Positions 40,145 through 53,202 of a stretch of DNA of 64,000 bases are shown one piece after another; within the stretch, counting starts at the first letter, position 1, and every line of letters begins with the position of its first letter. The stretch spans positions 128,774,001-128,838,000 of the forward strand of contig NC_082708.1 in NCBI RefSeq assembly GCF_030144855.1, read 5' to 3'. A program made the position numbers and the translations under genes. The stretch is from Hypanus sabinus. Its lineage: Eukaryota. The notes under the pieces were generated by a model, which was not told the origin of the DNA, did not search any database, and was given only the letters and a program-made list of their open reading frames with translations.

Positions 40145-40587
40145 CTTTTGGACTGTTCTCTCAGTGAAGTCAAGGAGAGATTATTTACTTAGATCTGGAG
40201 TCCATGCTTACGACAGCACTGACTTATAGCAATGTTTCTTCACCTCCACCATTGGAAAGAACTTTGATGTATCTGATGGTTCTTACATATAAAGTATTTT
40301 GTAATTTTTCTGTAGTGTTAGTTCTTCCACTAGACTGAATCTGCCAGCCCCATCCTGTTTCTATGCCTATCTTGTAACAAGTAGTGCACCTTTAATCATT
40401 AACAATTTGGGTAGCTTATAATTAAAATATTTTTACTCTACTTGTTACTATTCCTTGGTGCATTACATATTTTATCAATCAGCACCTATAAAATGCTGCA
40501 TATGTGCTTTGATCATTTATTTTGTTTGCCTTGTTTTAAGTTTTCACAAAATTGCTGAATTATGAATAAGGTTACCATTAAAGTAAG

Positions 40588-41770
40588 TGAATAAGGCCTT
40601 TGACAAGGTGCCACACATGAGGCAAGTTAAGAGCCCATGGTATTTCAGGAAAGTTACTAACATGGTTAGAGCATGGGCTGATTGGTAGGAGGCAGCGAGT
40701 GGGAATAAAAGTATCCTTGTCTGGTTGGCTGCCAGTGACCAGTGGTATTCCAGAGGGGTCGGTGTTGGGACCACTTCTTTTTATGCTGTATATAAATGAT
40801 TTAAATGATGGAATAGATGGCTTTGTTGCCAAGTTTGCAGATGGTATGAAGATTGGTGGAGGAGCAGGTAGTGTTGAGGAAACAGGTAGGATGCAGAAGG
40901 ATGTAGACAGATTAGAGAATGGGCAAGAAAGTGGCAAATGAAACACAATGTTGGAAAATGCATGTCCACGCACATTGGTAATAGAAATAAATGTGTGGAC
41001 TATTTTCTAAATGGGAAGAAAATCCAAAAATCTGAGCTGCAAAGGGACTTGGGAGTCCTTGTGCAGAACACCCTAAAGGCTAACTTGCAGGTTGAGTTGT
41101 TGGTGCGTAAGGCAAATGCCATGTTAGCATTCATTTCAAGAGGCCGAGAATACAAGAACAAGGATGTGATGCTGAAGCCTTAAAATGCACTGATGAGGCC
41201 TCACCTTGAGTATTGTGAACAGTTTTGGGCCCCGCATTTTAGAAAAGATGTGCTGGCATTGAAGAGGGTCCAGAGGAGGTTTACAAGGATGATTCCAGGA
41301 ATGAAAGGGTGAGCATATGAGGAATGTTTGATGGCTCTGATTCTGTACTTGCTGGAATTCAGAAGGATCAGAGGAGATATCATTGAAACCTTTCGAATGT
41401 TAAAATGCCTAGACAGAGTAGATGTGGAAAGGATGTTTCCCATGGTGGGAGATTCTAGGACAAGAGGGCACAGCCTCAGGATAGAGGGGCACCCTTTCAA
41501 AACAGAGATGTGGAGAAATTTTTTTAGCCAAAGAGTGGTGAATTTGCGAAATTTGTTGCAACATGCAGCTGTGCAGGCCAGGTTGTTGGGTGTATTTAAG
41601 GCAAAGTTTGATACGTTCTTGATTGGACATGCATCAAAGGTTATGAGGAGAAAGCTAGTGAGTGGGGCTGAGGAGGAGAAAAAAGGAAGACCAGCCATGA
41701 TTGAATGCCAGCACAAACTCGATGGACCAGATGGCCTAATTCTGCCCGTGTCTTATGATATTATGGTCTC
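40588..41770 (+). mobile_element. CR1 LINE RT and 3' end (relatively young)
   Basis: SGIPEGSVLGPLLFMLYINDL..VAKFADG; FKTEMWRNFFSQRVVNL. Confidence 0.92.
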
Positions 41771-42196
41771 TTAATGAGCATGATGGAGGACAATTTATTG
41801 AAATATCCTCTGATGTACCAATATACTACCTACCTCGAATTATTTTATTCACTCTGTACAATCTCTTTTCTCCACCACCCTTCTCCTATCAATGTTATTC
41901 TTTTTTCAGAACTCTTTCAGTTAACAAAAATATAAAAGACATGGGAGAAGGTGTGGACTTATGATTTTAACAGTGTAGTGAACCAATTAAAATAGGGAAT
42001 GCTGGGATATAAAATAAAGTGCAAGTCCAAAGAGATTCTGCTAGGTTTTCTCAGCACTCTTTCAGATTCCTTTTGGAGGGCTACAAAAAAAAACATTTAA
42101 ATACAATTTCCTGATTAATGTTCTTGAAAAATGATGGATTCAAGATCCAAAGCGGAGGACCAGGTGGAGAAACAGTGTTACAAACTCTTACATTAC

Positions 42197-43155
42197 ATAG
42201 AACATAAAACATAGAACAATACAGTAAAATACTGGTCCTTCAATCCATGACATTGTGCCAACCAATATAAATCTATTCCATGATCATTCTAACCAGTCCT
42301 TCCTATACAGCCAACAACTCTCAATTTTTCATTCTATGTGCCAATTTGTGTCTATTGTATCAGCCTGTACCATGACTCTGGTATAGGCATGTCTGTATAA
42401 AAATACCATCCTGACATCTCCCTTAAACATTTCTCCTCTCACCTTAAACTGTTGTGTCCGAGTATTGGTCATTAGCACCCCAGGACAAAGGTGTCCCCTA
42501 TCCATCTATGCTTCTCATAATGTTATCCATCTCCATCAACTCACCTCTCAACATTCTTCATTCCAAACAGAAAAGCCCTAGCTCACTCGAGCTTTCCTCA
42601 CAAGATATGTTCTTTAATCCAGACACATTCTCTAATCCTGATAAATCTCCTCTGCACCCTCTCCAAAGCTTCTACATCCTTCCTATAATAAGGTAATAAG
42701 AATGACCACAATATTCCAAGTGTGGTCCAGCCAGAGTTTGATGCAGCTGCAACATTATCTCACGGCACGTGACCACTCCATCACCTTGCACAGCAAGCAC
42801 ATTCTGTACATTCCATGACAAAATGCAACTTGCTTCCTCCATCTATGGACTTTTACCAGAAGATACCTCTGTTCCTCCAGGTTGCTAAGAAACATCAAGC
42901 TTGACTCCACCTTCAATCTTCCAAAATGTATCACTTCACAGTTTTCCAGAATGAACTCCACTCATCTCTACGTCCTGTCTATAGCAACCATCCGCACCAT
43001 CCATAACACCAACTTTCACGTCATCTACAAATTTACTAGCTCCTCCTTCCACCTCCTCATCAAAGTCATTTATAAAATCACAAAGAGTAGGGGGTCCCAG
43101 AACAGATCCCTGGAGTCACTGACCTCCAGATAGAATATGCTCCACCTACCACCAC
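42197..43155 (-). mobile_element. CR1 LINE 3' fragment
   Basis: catagaa tail repeats at the left; reverse QGSVLGPLLFVIFINDFDE at the right. Confidence 0.8.
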
Positions 43156-43279
43156 CTTAAATGAGGATATGAAGGTTGTAGGTAAAGGAAGTTTGAAAAA
43201 TTAAACAAAAGAACACTGGTTCCCTTGGCTCTGTAGCCATCCTTAATACCTGCAGAGGTATTACTCTACATTTCTTGCT

Positions 43280-44040
43280 CTCATTTACTTCTAACTACTC
43301 TGTACACTCTATGACAAAATGCAACTTGTCTCCTCAATCACTTCTCTACCGCTCCCCTGCTGAAAGCTAACAAATCTTTCACACTAGTGTTGAAACTGTC
43401 AGTGCAGGATGAGGAGACTACCCTCAGGAAGATCCATATACTGTAACTCAGTCTGATTATAGCAGCATTACGCAGACAGCACAGAGACTTTAGAGATTGA
43501 GCCAGAAGTATTTTCTTTATGACAAATTACTGAGGAAAGAGTTAAGGACTTCGGTGTCAAGGAAATAAAATGTCAGAGGTGCCAGCTCCTGAGGGAATGA
43601 TATTGAAAACAACTTCCATTTAAGCCCAGTAGGCTAACCTCCTGACTCTGAGAGCATTCTCTGCACTTTGATCTTTCCTGGATAGCCACACAAACGATGA
43701 CAAGAGGTCCACAAATAGCAGTTTTATCCCTACTCTCCCCTGATAGCATGAGTTACAAGGGAGGATTGAAGGCAATTGCTTAGCTGTAGTGCAGATTGTG
43801 GTGAATATGAATCAGGGTCTCCTGTTGTGTTGGGATAGTCAAAGAGTAACACTTTTTGATAGAAACTAAATCTAGAGGCATCTGTAGATTTACTCTGATT
43901 TAAAGTTCTCCTCCTACTTTCCCTCTGCTTTCTGTTCTTGACCTCATTGCCAGCGGTAGAAACAAATGGTTTTCCTCATGACCAACAATGGAGCAAGTAA
44001 CTGGTGACAAGTCCAGACACATCCTTGCAAGGTTTCTCTA
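43280..44040 (-). pseudogene. Cluster of decayed LDLa/TSP1 exon remnants
   Basis: TCHQ/TCS..ICFYRWQ*GQ (~43.95 kb); CYLWTSCHRLCG (~43.7 kb); GREVIEETSC/FVIECT (~43.3 kb). Confidence 0.35.
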
Positions 44041-44156
44041 TACTTTTAGATGAATTATCATCTAAAATCTATGTGTCACCCGACACATAGATTGCCCATT
44101 TCTCTCTTCAGGTGCTACCTGACCTGCTGAGTTCATCCAGCATTTGAATATTTAAC

Positions 44157-44287
44157 CCAGCAGAGGCTCAGAGGTAGATCTTCCTGCATGGGAAATGGGC
44201 ATCTGTGGAAGCTTATGATTTCCTGATGGATTCGATGAATAGTCTGCTGGAACAGTGGAACTATCTGGAAGCACAGGGCTGGAACTA
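44157..44287 (-). pseudogene. Decayed LDL-receptor class A exon
   Basis: Acceptor tttcttgcag|. Reads *FQPCASR*FHCSSRLFIESIRKS*ASTD, with RCPF in another frame, resembling 'PCxxxxFxCxSGxCIxxxxxCDGxxDC'. Confidence 0.45.
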
Positions 44288-45017
44288 CTGCAAGAAACAT
44301 GGGTAAGGCTATTGACAATGGCATTTGGAAGAAGATGGATCAGCTTTTAAGCGAGGTTCTCTTTGTGATGGTTGTATTTCCAAAGATAAAGTTCAGCTTC
44401 ATTTGGCACATGTGCATTGAAATGTGCCTTATTGTGTTACACATTGTGTACACATTGTGTTACAAACATGATTTGAGAACAAGTGTCACCATGCTTCTGG
44501 AACCAACATAGCATGACCAACAAACTCACAAACCCTACCAAACCGTACATTTTTGGAATGTAGGAGGAAACTAGAGCACCCAGAGGAAACTCATGTGGTC
44601 ACAGGGAGAACAGCAGGGATCGAACCCCAATCAGTGTTCGCAGGCACTGTAAAGCAATCATGCTAACTGCTACACAACTGTGCTGATGTTAATCCTACCA
44701 CAGCTGTGTAACACCTGTGATTCATGATATCATGAACTCTGTTAATGACATGATTGATGGTCCTGATGTGACAATTAAACACCGAGGCCCATAGAAGTGT
44801 CAGTGAATCTGCGGAGAAGGGAAATGTTCCTTACCTTCAAAACAGCGATTTTCAAGACATAGCTTCTGGGAGAGGGAAGGATACTGTGTAGAATATACAG
44901 TGGTTCTCAGGGATCATTTTTCAGTATTGACCCTCTTGCAGCTATAATCATTAAGGCTTCTTCACTTCTGTATAGAAGCTGCACCCATTCCATTCCCTTA
45001 GTTTCTAGCTGAGTCTG

Positions 45018-45761
45018 TGTTATGCACCAGCAGCAGTAGATATAAAACTGAGTTGGGTTTTTTATAAATAAACAATGAAATTTATTAACCTCTACTCAAA
45101 AACATAGAAAAGTAAACAACTGACTAACTTAAACGGAAGTTAACAGTTTTATGCATCTATAGTTATCAAACAGTCGAACTTAGAGACAATTCCTAACAAT
45201 CTTACTCAAGCACAGTCCTAAAGTGGTAGTTTAATAAGTCCACATGATTCATAAAGTAAATGAGAGGAGAGACTTTCCGAACCAACAATGATTGATTCTT
45301 GAAGAAAAGACGAAACTGTTAACACAGATCCCAGCCGAGAAATGCCTTTTCCGAAGAGATCACGGAGAATAAGATTTCTCAAAGAAACTGAACTTTCGCC
45401 AGAGATGGTCACCACACAACACCCGAGACCATGCAGGGGTTAACCAAAAGTGTGTGCCATAATCCACGTCAATAACTTCAAGACACACAGAATGCCATTG
45501 ATTTCTACCCAATTCTTTGGGTTTGTACGAAGCTGGTAATTCTTCACTCTCTCTCTCTCTCTCCCTCTACGATTATGTAACCACCGACTATGACTCCCTA
45601 ACAAAACAACTACGCAACAAATTATGGTCTCCCCTTTTATACCAGCTGGAACATGCCATCACATGACATCACATCACCCCACTATCATGAGACAATTACA
45701 TCATAACAATATCGCAAGATAATTACATCATGTTCGCAAGAAACTCATGGGACAGGTAACA
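45018..45761 (-). mobile_element. Solo LTR, 5-bp TSD GTCTG
   Basis: TGTTA...TAACA termini; gtctg at 45013-45017 and 45762-45766; minus-strand TATAAAAGGG and AATAAA. Confidence 0.85.
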
Positions 45762-45811
45762 GTCTGCAACCAGAAACAGATCACTGTAGTGGACAATGCC
45801 ACAATTCTTTA

Positions 45812-46350
45812 TCACGATAGGAATAGTGAAGTTATGTTTCAGTTATATAAGCCTGCATTTGGAGTATTGCGTACGGTTTTGGTTATAGTAAAGATGTCAT
45901 TAATATAGAAAGAGCGCAGATAAACTTTACTAGGATGTTACCCAGCTTTGAGGGCTTGAGATAGAAGGAGAGATGGTGTCGACTCAGACTTTATTCTCTG
46001 AAACATAGGAGATTGAGAGAGTGACCTGACAGGCATATATAAGATCATGAGGAGCACAGACAGAGTGAAAGCACGTTGTCTTTTATTGTAGGGAAGGGGT
46101 GCTAAAAGAAAGGGGGTATGGGTTTAAGATCTGAGGTGATCAGAAATCAAAATGACATCAGGGGCAACTTCTTCAGGCAAAGGGTGGGGTATATTTGGAA
46201 TGAGCTGCCAGGTACATTAGCAAAGTTTAAAAGCCACCTTTTTAAGTACATTGATAGGAAGGGTTTAGAAGGCCATAGGCCAAATGTGTACCGATTGACT
46301 AGTTTGGTGGAAGGCTCTGTTCCCATGTTCTATTACTCAGACTCTAACTC
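45812..46350 (+). mobile_element. CR1 3' fragment
   Basis: HLEYCVRF; IRGNFFRQRVGYIWNELP. Confidence 0.8.
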
Positions 46351-47117
46351 TGAACTTTTGCACAGAACAAGGGAAGATTGAGAAAGCCTTTCAGATGATT
46401 AATGTAAAACTGCTTCAGAGAGACATACAGACAGAAAAGCAAATTATACCTACAACAGAAAAGAAAACAGAGGTCTGTAGCTATACTCAAGAAGACAATA
46501 TTATTGCTGGTGATGGGATGAAAGGCGTGAAAAAGACTGCAGATGTTGCAAATCCAGATTAAAAACAGAAAATGATGGAAGTGCTAAGCAGGTCAGCTGT
46601 CACTGTGGCAGGAGAAGAGGAATTAACATTTTAGGTTGAAGATCCATCATCGCTGTGACACTATTTACCTGAAAGTTTAACACTCTCTATTTCACACAGA
46701 TGGAACCTGAGCTGCTGCTTGTATTTCATAAAAGCCATTGATGATTCCATCAACACTATAATCAACAGGCATAGCCTCATTACAAGAATGTGATAGAAAC
46801 CTTGAAGAAGTATTCTACTCTGTTGCTATTAGAAATTTTCTAGAGTTACAACGTAGTCACATAAAACCAGAGGTGAGAAGAAATGGTTTGTTGTACATGA
46901 AGGTACTGGGAAACAATTGCAATTTCCAGACCTTTTTAGATCAGACAATGCAAGATCATCTGATGACTGATAATTGAACTAATTTGGGCAAAATCCTTGG
47001 TTGACTTAATATTAACTTAACATTCAAAAGAGCATGCAGGATTGCCACAAACATGGAGATGTTACTTAAAATTGTGAGACAGACCAAGGGTATGCTTTTT
47101 TCACAAAATCAAGCAGG

Positions 47118-49700
47118 TCATAGAACACAACAGCACAGACCAGTAACTTTGGTCCTTCTAGTCCATGCTGAATCATTAAACTGCCTAGTCCCATCTGTAT
47201 GGCACCTGTACCTTAGCCCTCCATATCCCTCCCATCCATGTACCTATCTAAACTTCTCTTGCATGTTGAAATCGACTGCGCATCCATCACTGTTGCTGGT
47301 GACTGGTGACTCTCACCACCCTCTTTTATCCTTAACCCATGACTCCTAGTTCTAGTCACATCCAACCTCAGTGGAAAAAGCCTGTTTGCATTTACCCTAT
47401 CTGTACCCCTCATAATTTTGTATACCTCTATCAATTGTCCCCTTAATCTTTTAAGTTCTAGGAAATGAAGTCCTAACCTGCTCAACTTTCTCCTATAAAC
47501 CAGGTTATAAGCAACTCCAGCAACATTGTTGTAACTTCCTTGAGAAACTTTATAAGATTGGTTAGACATGACTTACTATGCACAAAACCATATTGCCAAT
47601 CCCTAATCAGCCCCTGTCTTTCCAAATACTTATATATTCAGTTTCTTTAGAGTGCCTTCCAACAACTTTTCCACTGCTAATGTCAAGCTCATCGACCAAT
47701 AATCTCCAGGCTTATTCTTAGAGCCTTTCTTAAAGAGCAGAACTGCATAAACTATCATCCAATCCTGCAGCAACTTACCTATGGCTAAGGATGTTTTCAG
47801 TATCTCTGCTAAGGCATCTGTATTTTCTGCTCTAGCCTCCCAAGGTCTGTAGAAACATATTACAAGGTCCTGGGGATTTATCCACCCTAATTTGCCTCAG
47901 AAGAGCAGCACCTCCTCCTCTGTAATCTGTATTGGGTCCATGACCTCACTGTCGCATTGCCTCACTTCCATGGGCTCTTTGTCCATCTCCCAAATAAATA
48001 CAGATGAAAAAAAATTAATTTAAACTATTTCCCCATCGCTTTCAACTCCACGTGTAGATTGCCACTCTGATCTTTCAGAAGATCAGTTTTCCCTTCCTAA
48101 CCTTTTGCTCTTAAGATATCTGTAGAAGCCCATAGGCTTCTCCTTCACCTTATCTTCTAGAGTAACCTCATGTCTTTTTTTAGCCCTTCTGATTTTCTTC
48201 TTAAGTATAATCTTACATTCCTCATACTCCTCAAGTATTTCATTTGTTCCTGCCTGCCTATACCTGCTACAAACCTCTTTTTTCTTAACCACAGCCTCAA
48301 TATCTATCAAAAACCAAGGTTCCCTAGGCCTGTTATCCTTGCCTTTCATTCTGACAGGAACATACAAGCCCTGTACTCTCAAAATTTCAACTTTAAAGGT
48401 CTCCCACTGACCACGTACACCTTTTCCAGCAAACAACTTGTCCCAGTCCACACCTGCCAGATCCTTTTTAATATCATCAGCTTTGGTATTTCTTACCTGA
48501 ACATAATTAACAAACTCTATCCCATCCACCTTTTTACAGTATGGGAGTCCCAGTCAATATAGGAAAAGTTAAAATCATCTATCACAACCTTATGTCTTTT
48601 GCAACAGTCTGTGACTCCTCTACAAATCTGCTCCTCTGAATCCTGCGGACTGTTGGCACTCTGTAACATTTTTCCATTAATATGTGCGTCTCTTTCTTAT
48701 TCCTCAGTTCCACCCATATACTGTGTGTAGCCTTAGTAGATGAGCTCTCCAGTCTGTCCTGTTTGAGCACTGTTGTGACATTTTTTGCTGACTAGTAATG
48801 CCAACTCTTCCCCTTTAACCCTTCCCTCTCTATCACGTCTAAAACTAAAGAATCCCAGAACATTAAACTGCCACCAAAGTTCACTAGTGGCTACAATGTC
48901 ATAATTCCACGTGCTGATCCATGCTCTAAGCTCACCTGCATTTCCTACAATACTCCTTGCATTGGAATATACACAGCTCAGAATACCATGCTCAACTTTT
49001 CAATTCCTGACTTTGTAAGTAGGCTTAACAACATCTTTCTCCGCAACCACTCCACAATCTGTCCTGGTTCCCATCCTCATGCAGCTCCAGTTTAAACTCT
49101 CCTGTGCAGCACTAGCAAGCCTTCCCTCTAAATATTAGACCCCTCCTGTTCATGTACAAACTGTCCCTTCTATACAGGTCCCACCTGATTCCCATGAGAC
49201 CCCAATAATTCAGAAATGTAAACCCTCGCTCATGCACCAACTCCTTAGTCATGATTTAAACTGATCTTCCTATTTCTTGCCTCACCAGCAAGCGGAATTG
49301 ATAGCATTGGAAATTGATCAGAACTCTGGAAATCCTGTCCTTTAACTTAGCACCTAACTCCCTGAACTCACCTTGCAGCACCCCATCACCTCTCATCCCC
49401 ATACCATTGGTACCGAAGTGGACCACAACTTCTGGCTGTTCACCCTCCCACTTAAGAGTGCTGTGGACTTGATCCAAACTGTCACTGACCTTGGTGCCCA
49501 GGAGGCATCAAGCTATCTAGGAATTTCACTCTCATCCACAGAAGCTCTTTTCTGTTCCTCTAACCAATTAATCCCCTATTACTACAGCTTGGCTCTTCTC
49601 ACCACTTCCCTTCTGAGGCACAGAACCAGATTCAGTCAAAGACCTGACCTGCTAGGTCATTCCCCCTAGTAACATTCCAAGTGATATACTTGTTAAGGAG
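47118..49700 (-). mobile_element. CR1 LINE (ORF1 esterase, APE, 3' end; RT core deleted)
   Basis: EQPEVVVHFGTNG; SIWVELRNKK; the reading jumps from SCLTNLIKFLKEVT directly to the 3' ORF2 region near 47530. Confidence 0.88.
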
Positions 49701-49719
49701 AATGCTTTTGTACCATATA

Positions 49720-50119
49720 CAGGTTTCCCCTGCTATCTGAAAGTAGAGCATTATTATGAAACCTTTCATAAGCCAAAAATTGTGTAAAGCAAAGAAGCAA
49801 TTACCATTAATTTATATGGGAAAATTTTTTGAGCATTCTCAGACCCAAAAAATTATCTACCAAATCATAACAAATAGCACATAAAACCTAAAATAACACT
49901 AACATATAGTAAAAGCAGAAATGATATGATAAATACACAGCCTATATAATGTAGAAATAATATATGTATGGTCATGGTACTCTTTCTCGGGGTAAAAACA
50001 AGTTTAAAGCAGGCACCTTTTTTCGTAAAAGCAAAATCCTCTGGATTTCTTTCAGTTAGCGTAAACAGGTATTAATGTAGGTCTTCCGTAAAAGCTAAGT
50101 GGCGTAAAGCGAACACCCG
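49720..50119. mobile_element. Tc1/mariner-superfamily (Tigger/pogo-like) MITE
   Basis: TA|CAGGTTTCCCC...gaacacccg|TA, with repeated (c/t)gtaaa(a)gc subterminal motifs. Confidence 0.6.
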
Positions 50120-51089
50120 TACTGCATTTGGTTGAGAGCTTTTAGCCTCTAATTAAGATTATTCTGTTGATAGTCTGTCTCTGTTATTTGATATCATAAA
50201 CAACACAAAAGAACTTTTTGATGTACAGCTGGAACTTTAAGTTTGATGGAGATCTCAGAGTTCCAGAATCAAAGTGCAGCGAATTGGAAAAGCATCACTT
50301 CAGCTTTGGAATCTGCCTGGACAAGATGCCAAGATTCCGAGAAGGAAAGCTAGTAAATACCTGCTGCTATGGGAATGAAAGTTTCCTGGGCAAAGGGAAA
50401 TCTGTACCATTGTCAGACAATAACGGTGCTGCTATGATTCTTTAGCCTTCTGACAACGTGCATTTAAAACCTCATGCAAATACAGTTAAACCATAAGTTG
50501 TCCAGTCATGACTGATGGTTCAGTGAGGCTTTCACAGGCAGCTGGGGAAAATGCATAAAGTGAGAGTCAAACAGCCATAAGATGTGTTATTGAGTACACT
50601 GGATGAATGTTAAGTCCTGCAAATAACCCTGGATAAATCAGGAGAAGATGTATAGTCAGGTTTAGCTACTCTGGGACCATTGTGGTATGCTGAATGCATT
50701 AGGGACAAAACTGCAGTAGAACTCCACCAGAGTCCCTAGGATATGTCACAACATTATCATGAAGAATGGCTTCCAGAACCTGAAGCCAATGATGATGATA
50801 AACTAAGAGGGATAAAGAGGAAGCACCTGGAGTCTTACACAAAAATATTCAGGAAGGAAGATAGAGAAAGGCACTCAGCAGTAAGCAACCACCTGGCAGA
50901 GCAAGAGGAGTTCAAATTATAACCCAGTAACCCACCATAAGAAAGACCCTCAGTAGGCCAGGCTCATGCCAAGTTTCTAGATAATACAAGAATAAAATAG
51001 CAAGTCAGTGAGGAGATAAATTGTAAGAGCCATTATGAGACTAGATACGATGCTGTCTGTTTCTGCCTGCCTGAGTTTTAATGCTCCGC

Positions 51090-51165
51090 ATACTTCACCT
51101 TCCCGCCACCATAACAGGGATAGAGTTCCCCTTGTCCTAACATACTACCCAGTATCCAGAACATT
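51090..51165 (+). mobile_element. Penelope-like ORF fragment
   Basis: RHHNRDRVPLVLTYYP, the Penelope RT-endonuclease linker motif. Confidence 0.6.
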
Positions 51166-51189
51166 ATTCGCCACAGAGGATTGGGAATT

Positions 51190-52990
51190 ATTCCGTGGCA
51201 GAAGCAGCCTGCCGAAGATAATGAGTTGCACCTCAACAAAGATGGAGGAAGTATACTCATGAGCAAATCAACTTAGACTATAAGAGAGGGTTTAACTTAT
51301 TTGAATGGCAGATGGACACCAGGGTGAAATAACAGAAAGGGCAAATAAGGTTGAACTGCATCAGAGTTGAATGCAAAGGCTGATGAAATGTTATGACCAA
51401 CTCTGAATCCTACCAGTCAGAAAGTCTAGAAGCCAGTTACAGATGGGAGTGTCAAGGCCAAGTTCCAAGAGTTTAGAAATGAGCTTATTAGGTGTTGAAG
51501 TCTGAGCTGTAATCAGGAATAACATCCTGTCCTATGTATTCTTAACGTTAAGTTAATCTTGAGTTGAATGTAGTGCAAAGGGAATGACATACCAGACTGG
51601 GGTGTAACCTGACAGTATACTCATGAGAGCAATTATCAGAATTAAGATGTGGGGTGGAATTTTGATCAATCTATAGCAGCATGAGAAGGCAATCATGCAG
51701 ATGATGGCTCAAATTTTAATTAAGAAGTGCCAGAAAATCTCTTTTTAGATAGACATATAATAATGGAAAATACAGAGAAGCAATTTTACATATCAGTTAC
51801 AAAAGGTTGAAAGAAAGTAGGACAGTTATAATTAAGAGTTTCTCCAATTCTCATAAAAAGGAAAGGGAAAAGTTAAAGGGGAAGAATTGCTGAAGTGTAC
51901 GAGAGAGCATTAATCAATGACATCTTTCCAGTTTAACTATAAAGGAAGCAGCACTGGAATAAATCCTGGAGCATGAACTATGACAAATGTAGCACTGGGA
52001 GTACATGTTGGGAAGAGTGATTATATTAGTTCAAGGTTTAGATTAGCCATGGAAAAAATGGAGAACAATCAAGAATTAAAAATACACAAATAGTTAAGCT
52101 AAAAGGAGAGAGCTGAAAAAGGATCAGTCCCAGGTGGATTTTAATTAAATATCAGTGGTTTAAATAGTAATTAGACAAGCAGAAGCCTCCAAAGTGGATA
52201 TGATTCAGGTAAAGAGCTCTCAGACTCCCATGACGGGAGGAGAAAGGGCATCCAAAGTTAAAGTTCCCTAGATGACTATAGATATCTAGGATAAAATGAA
52301 GCAGGAAATGGTGGCTTATGGAAATTGTAAGATTGACAATGCAGTGAAAAAAATACAAACTGAATATTAAAACTGCGGGGAAGATTTCAAAAAGGAAATA
52401 AGAAAGCTATGGCAGAGAAGATATGTAAGCGTAAGCAAAAAAAAACAGTGAACCCAAAATAATTTGCAAACGTTTAAACAGTGAGTAGCTAGGTATAGGA
52501 AAGATGGAGAATTAGAAAGGAGATCTGCTTAACATTTACCTTCAGCAAGAAGAAGGATGATGTCAATGTAGAAACAGGAGGCAGCAGTAATATTGAATAG
52601 ATAACAAAAGATGTGAGTAGTACTTCCTTCAAAGACTTACTTCTCACAATAGAAAAATCATCTGGTCTGATAGGATTCATCCTGGATTACTGAAGGAAAT
52701 AGTAGGGTCTGTATCAGTAATCTTCATGTCCTTCTTGAATATAAACTTGATGCCAGAATATTGTAGCCTTGCAAATATTAACCCAATAGTTACCAAAGGA
52801 GAAAGGATCAGCCATAAAAGGCCAATCAATTTAATACCTATAGCAAAATTAATTGAAGTCTGGAAAAATAAAAAAAAACAAAGGATTGGTTAAAGGAAAG
52901 TTGTGATTGAATGAGTTTTTTAATGAAATACTGGAATGAGTAGATGAAGGACATGTGGATGAATTTATATGAACATATGAAAGACATTTA
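51190..52990 (+). mobile_element. Very old, highly degenerate CR1 LINE
   Basis: Residual APE/RT motifs (GKSD.., KSSGLDRIHPGLLKEI). Confidence 0.55.
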
Positions 52991-53202
52991 AAACCATAAG
53001 ACCGTAAGAAATAGCAGATATAGGCTATTTGGCCCATCAAGTCCACTGCCATTTCATCATGGCAAATCCATTTCCCTCTCAGTCCCAATCTCCCGCCATT
53101 TCCCTGAACCTTTCGTGCCTGACTAATTAAGAATATATCAACCTCTGCCTTAAATATACCAAATGACTTGGCCTCTACAGCCATCCATGGCAACAAATTC
53201 CA

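Noticed and set aside
41201-41774. Long overlapping ORFs (171 and 148 aa)
   Set aside because: Sense and antisense frames of a CR1 ORF2 3' end, not host genes.
50200-51000. Possible FA58C (TWHE..LRV) and LDLa (CPGRFQ) remnants
   Set aside because: Motifs are too short and eroded to support by eye; worth testing only with profile alignment.
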